The notes under the pieces were generated by a model. It saw only the letters and a program-made list of their open reading frames with translations. It did not search any database and was not told the origin of the DNA. The position numbers and the translations under genes were made by a program. Of a stretch of 16,599 nt of DNA, positions 13,490-16,599 are shown piece after piece (the first letter of the stretch is position 1; every line of letters starts with the position of its first letter). Origin of the DNA: a metagenome; the sequence record Ga0255781_10001971. The stretch is one strand, 5' to 3'.

Positions 13490-16432
13490 CTAACACAACC
13501 ACTTGACAACCTTGATGAGACGCTCGCTTGACGCCGCGGAAATGCTATTGAGACTCTCGTGGAACGCGTGGAATCGTTCGAGGGTATCCGCGAGCGCCTG
13601 GAAAGGCGCCGGTCCACCAAAGATGGACGCGACTTCGGCGCGAAGCGCGGCGTGGTCTTCAATCAAAAAGGCCAAGAGGAGACCCGTGTATGCCTGGAGG
13701 ATGAGATCGTCGTTTCCAACCGAGTCGTCTCCGGTGTACGACTTGATCATATCCGCCGTGACGTGCTGCGATTTCCCGTCGTCGTCGTCCACTGGCGGAT
13801 CCTCCATCGCGCCGCCCCCGCCGCTTTGTAAAAACAACTTGGCGAGCATCTCGACGAAGGATGTCTGCGTCCGCTGCGCGGGTAATCCGACGACAGCGCT
13901 TCGAAGCTTCTTCGTCGTACCGACAGCGTCCGCCTCAACCATGTTGATGAGCAAGACGAGCGCGGCGTTGAGCAGTTGTGAACCAGAATCATTCGTCGGC
14001 GTTCGAGTGCGCTCGTCATCCGCGTCGCGCAGGGTGTATCCCTCCACCGAGAGCGCGAACCAAGGCACGAGCGAGGCGATGACGAGTAATCCATCCTCCT
14101 CGGTAGCGCCGTCGCCCACGATGGAACGGCAACCGTCGAGGTTTTCGTTGGTGACATTCGTGAGCACGCTGAGCACGGATTTGAGCGTACCAACCGCGAC
14201 GCGATGATCGAGGGCCAAGCCCCCGTCGTAGGCGATGCGAACGCCGCAGACTTCGTCGCCCTTCTTCGCGCCCACGATGGCTGCCGTCGCCGCCGCTGCC
14301 AACGTCGGAAGCGCCTGCACGAGAGCCCGGCACGCGGTGCGCCCGCCGATCGCGGCACCGTTGCCACTGCGTCGCGCGCCCGCCTTGACGGGCGTCGCCT
14401 GGAATCCGTTATCGGAGAGCCACTGGATGGAATTTTCCAGGCCCTCCGCCTTGTTCGATTTGAGCAAGCCGATGGGCACGGGCGACGACATCGGCGTCGC
14501 CCCGGTGCTCACCAAGAGGACGTCGTCGTCGTTTGCGGTGACCTGAGCACCGCCCGCGTGTTTGGACGCCACGGGTGGCGTGCTCGGAGGAGTCATCGTG
14601 ATGCCTCCACGAATGCGACTCTTGGCGACGGGCGACGGAGAAGCCGCCTCCTCAACCGGAACGGCCGCGCCCTTCGGCGGGGGGCTCGCCATGAATCGGC
14701 CCGTTTCGACGGGCATGAGTCGCAAGGACGAAGGCCCGTTCGCCGCCGTGGTATCGCTCGAAACTTGTACTCGAGCGGAATCTCCCGGGATACCGCCGCG
14801 CAGGCCGGACGAGGCGATGACGTCGCACGAAGCCGACGATTCGAAGCTCGCGCACTCGAGCACTCGAGAACATCGGAAGAGACGCGCCGTCACCTTGGCC
14901 GCCTTGGCAGTCAGTTCATCGATCTCGCACTCATCCTCCGACTGCCCGTCGATGTTGGAGGTTGGTGCGAAACACGCCGCGCCGAATCGATTGAGCGTCT
15001 CCACCGCGTCTTGGACGAGGTTGCACGTCTCCAAGAGCGCGCCTTGCTGCGTCATCTTGGACCGAAACGTGTGCTCGCCATCCACCGATCCTGGACCTTT
15101 ACCGGACGCGAGCACCGCGTCTTGTTCTTGTTTCAAAGTGTGATGAGCCACGAGTAAGGCTAAGGTTTGCGCATCCTTGGCTTCGTGAGGCAAGAATTTG
15201 AGCGAGCGCAAAGCGTTTCTCACGGCGTTTTCACCCTTCACCAGATGCTGTAAAGCGTCTCCGGTCGACGACGCGCCGCCAGGAACAACCCTCAAGAGGG
15301 ATCGAATGGCGTTCGCCGACTTGGCTGTGAGCAAAATATCGTTTGTCGGCGGTTTCAAGTCCATGCTCGCCAGGTACATGATGGCGGCGCAAGCGAACTT
15401 CAGCGCCTTGGGTGGACGAGAACCGAGCGCGGCGTCTTGCGCGGCGCTAATTAGTTTGACAGGCAAACCGTACGAGCCAAAGAGCCTTCTCTTTCGCTGA
15501 TCGGCGAGCATGTTCACTAAGCTACACGCGCTTCTAACCTTCTCCTTGACGTCACGCACGCCGACTAATCCAGACATGGCATAGTTGGCTTCGTCAATAT
15601 CCGCGAGTTGCGCACCCGACTGCGGCATCAAATCGTCAAACCCATCGTCACCCAAAACTCCATTCGCGTCGTCGTCATCCTCCCCTGCAAACTCTTTCAG
15701 CGACACTATCGTCTTCTTCTGACCCGCGCTCTTGCTAGGTTTCGGAACGGCAGTCTGCCTCTCCTGCGTGCTTGCGGCGGCGTTGGTTTCTCGGCGACGT
15801 CTATTCGCCGGCGGATCCGCATGCAACGTCTCTGTCTTGCTACGCTTGGACACTTTTGCCCCGCGAGACATTGTGATTGGTTCGCGCGTCGTTCGTTTGC
15901 CGTTCGGCGACGGGCCAGCGACTTCGTCGAACAAGTCTTCGGCTGGTCGCACGTTTTCTGGCTCGACGAGACGAACGTCGTCTCGGTCTTCGGCTTCCTC
16001 TTCTTCGTCGGTCTCGGGACCATCGAACGCGTCGCGAGGAGACGATGACGGTTGAGCCTCGGTCAACACCACGGGTTTATCCTCAACCACCGCCGCCGCC
16101 GCCGCCGCCGCCGCGCGAGCCTCGCCCCGAACCTTGAGCTCGGCTTCCGCCTTTTCTCTGCGCAACCGCTCGAACACGCTCACCCCTCGCTCGAGTTTAC
16201 TCTTCCTCTCCCGCTCAACCTCCCGCTCCTCCTCGTCGCTTCCATCCTCCGCGAGCACTTCACCGTCGATATCATCGAACAACGCCCCGGCGTTCGCCCC
16301 GAACGCGAACGGATCCGACGCGTTGACGATCTCCGCCGTTCGACTCGCGATGTCCGCGGTCGCCTTGGCCGTCTTCGCCCCTCGTCCGGCGAACACGCCA
16401 CCACCGCTTCGCCGTCTCGCACCACCACCCAT
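13490..16432 (-). CDS. WAPL: WAPL (wings apart-like) cohesin-release factor homolog
   Basis: Uninterrupted 980-codon ORF with ATG at 16432. The extreme C-terminus is DDLILQAYTGLLLAFLIEDHAALRAEV...FQALADTLERFHAFHESLNSISAASSERLIKVVKWLC. It parallels the animal WAPL C-terminus as I remember it (...SYTALLLGCL...FLSFMNLT...ISRVIEYLEHC), including the terminal Cys. A helical-repeat-like middle region follows a long acidic, low-complexity N-terminal third. Confidence 0.8.
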   Translation of the reverse strand: MGGGARRRSGGGVFAGRGAKTAKATADIASRTAEIVNASDPFAFGANAGALFDDIDGEVLAEDGSDEEEREVERERKSKLERGVSVFERLRREKAEAELKVRGEARAAAAAAAAVVEDKPVVLTEAQPSSSPRDAFDGPETDEEEEAEDRDDVRLVEPENVRPAEDLFDEVAGPSPNGKRTTREPITMSRGAKVSKRSKTETLHADPPANRRRRETNAAASTQERQTAVPKPSKSAGQKKTIVSLKEFAGEDDDDANGVLGDDGFDDLMPQSGAQLADIDEANYAMSGLVGVRDVKEKVRSACSLVNMLADQRKRRLFGSYGLPVKLISAAQDAALGSRPPKALKFACAAIMYLASMDLKPPTNDILLTAKSANAIRSLLRVVPGGASSTGDALQHLVKGENAVRNALRSLKFLPHEAKDAQTLALLVAHHTLKQEQDAVLASGKGPGSVDGEHTFRSKMTQQGALLETCNLVQDAVETLNRFGAACFAPTSNIDGQSEDECEIDELTAKAAKVTARLFRCSRVLECASFESSASCDVIASSGLRGGIPGDSARVQVSSDTTAANGPSSLRLMPVETGRFMASPPPKGAAVPVEEAASPSPVAKSRIRGGITMTPPSTPPVASKHAGGAQVTANDDDVLLVSTGATPMSSPVPIGLLKSNKAEGLENSIQWLSDNGFQATPVKAGARRSGNGAAIGGRTACRALVQALPTLAAAATAAIVGAKKGDEVCGVRIAYDGGLALDHRVAVGTLKSVLSVLTNVTNENLDGCRSIVGDGATEEDGLLVIASLVPWFALSVEGYTLRDADDERTRTPTNDSGSQLLNAALVLLINMVEADAVGTTKKLRSAVVGLPAQRTQTSFVEMLAKLFLQSGGGGAMEDPPVDDDDGKSQHVTADMIKSYTGDDSVGNDDLILQAYTGLLLAFLIEDHAALRAEVASIFGGPAPFQALADTLERFHAFHESLNSISAASSERLIKVVKWLC

Positions 16433-16510
16433 CGCGCCGTCGGTCCTTTATCTCCAATTCACGGTACCGCAACAGAAACTCGCGCGCGCGTTCTTCGTCG
16501 TCGCGCCTCG

Positions 16511-16533
16511 ACGAACGAACGAACGAACGAACG
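16511..16533. repeat. (ACGA)n tetranucleotide microsatellite, about 5.75 units
   Basis: The run acgaacgaacgaacgaacgaacg lies in the WAPL upstream spacer. Confidence 0.9.
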
Positions 16534-16599
16534 TTTTAAAACGACAGACGCTTCGAGTCGAATCGAAAGCTCAAAAACTCAAAAATCCAGAATCTTCAA

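Overview
This window reads as nuclear DNA from a GC-rich, very compact, intron-poor eukaryote. The (CGA/GAC)n-rich composition, short spacers and gene set fit a Mamiellophyceae picoalga such as Ostreococcus, but that assignment is inference from composition only. It is not prokaryotic: I found no operons, CRISPR array, transposase or integrase.

I can support eight protein-coding genes plus one small candidate gene. All are uninterrupted ORFs:
- a GT10-type fucosyltransferase
- an S26 (IMP-like) signal-peptidase homolog
- USP39/Sad1
- a Cys-rich membrane protein with a discoidin-like domain
- a TLDc-like protein
- a bacterial-type UDP-galactopyranose mutase
- DNA polymerase alpha subunit B
- WAPL
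- a small one-TM candidate protein

There are also two Pol III tRNA genes, tRNA-Glu(UUC) and an intron-containing tRNA-Trp(CCA), each sitting in an AT-rich island.

Many ORF-track starts are GTG or TTG. I moved those starts to the first in-frame ATG. All product calls come from motif recognition by eye, with no database search.

I found no clear novel multi-gene system. The observations most worth a second look are:
- a tandem array of internally deleted tRNA-Glu-like units fused to the intact tRNA
- the 69-nt structured intron in tRNA-Trp
- the prokaryote-type UGM near other glycan genes
- a Lys-to-Arg change at the catalytic position of the S26 homolog
- a ~780-bp CpG-rich interval with no ORF but paired cell-cycle-type motifs
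- an ATG-less ORF with codon-like periodicity
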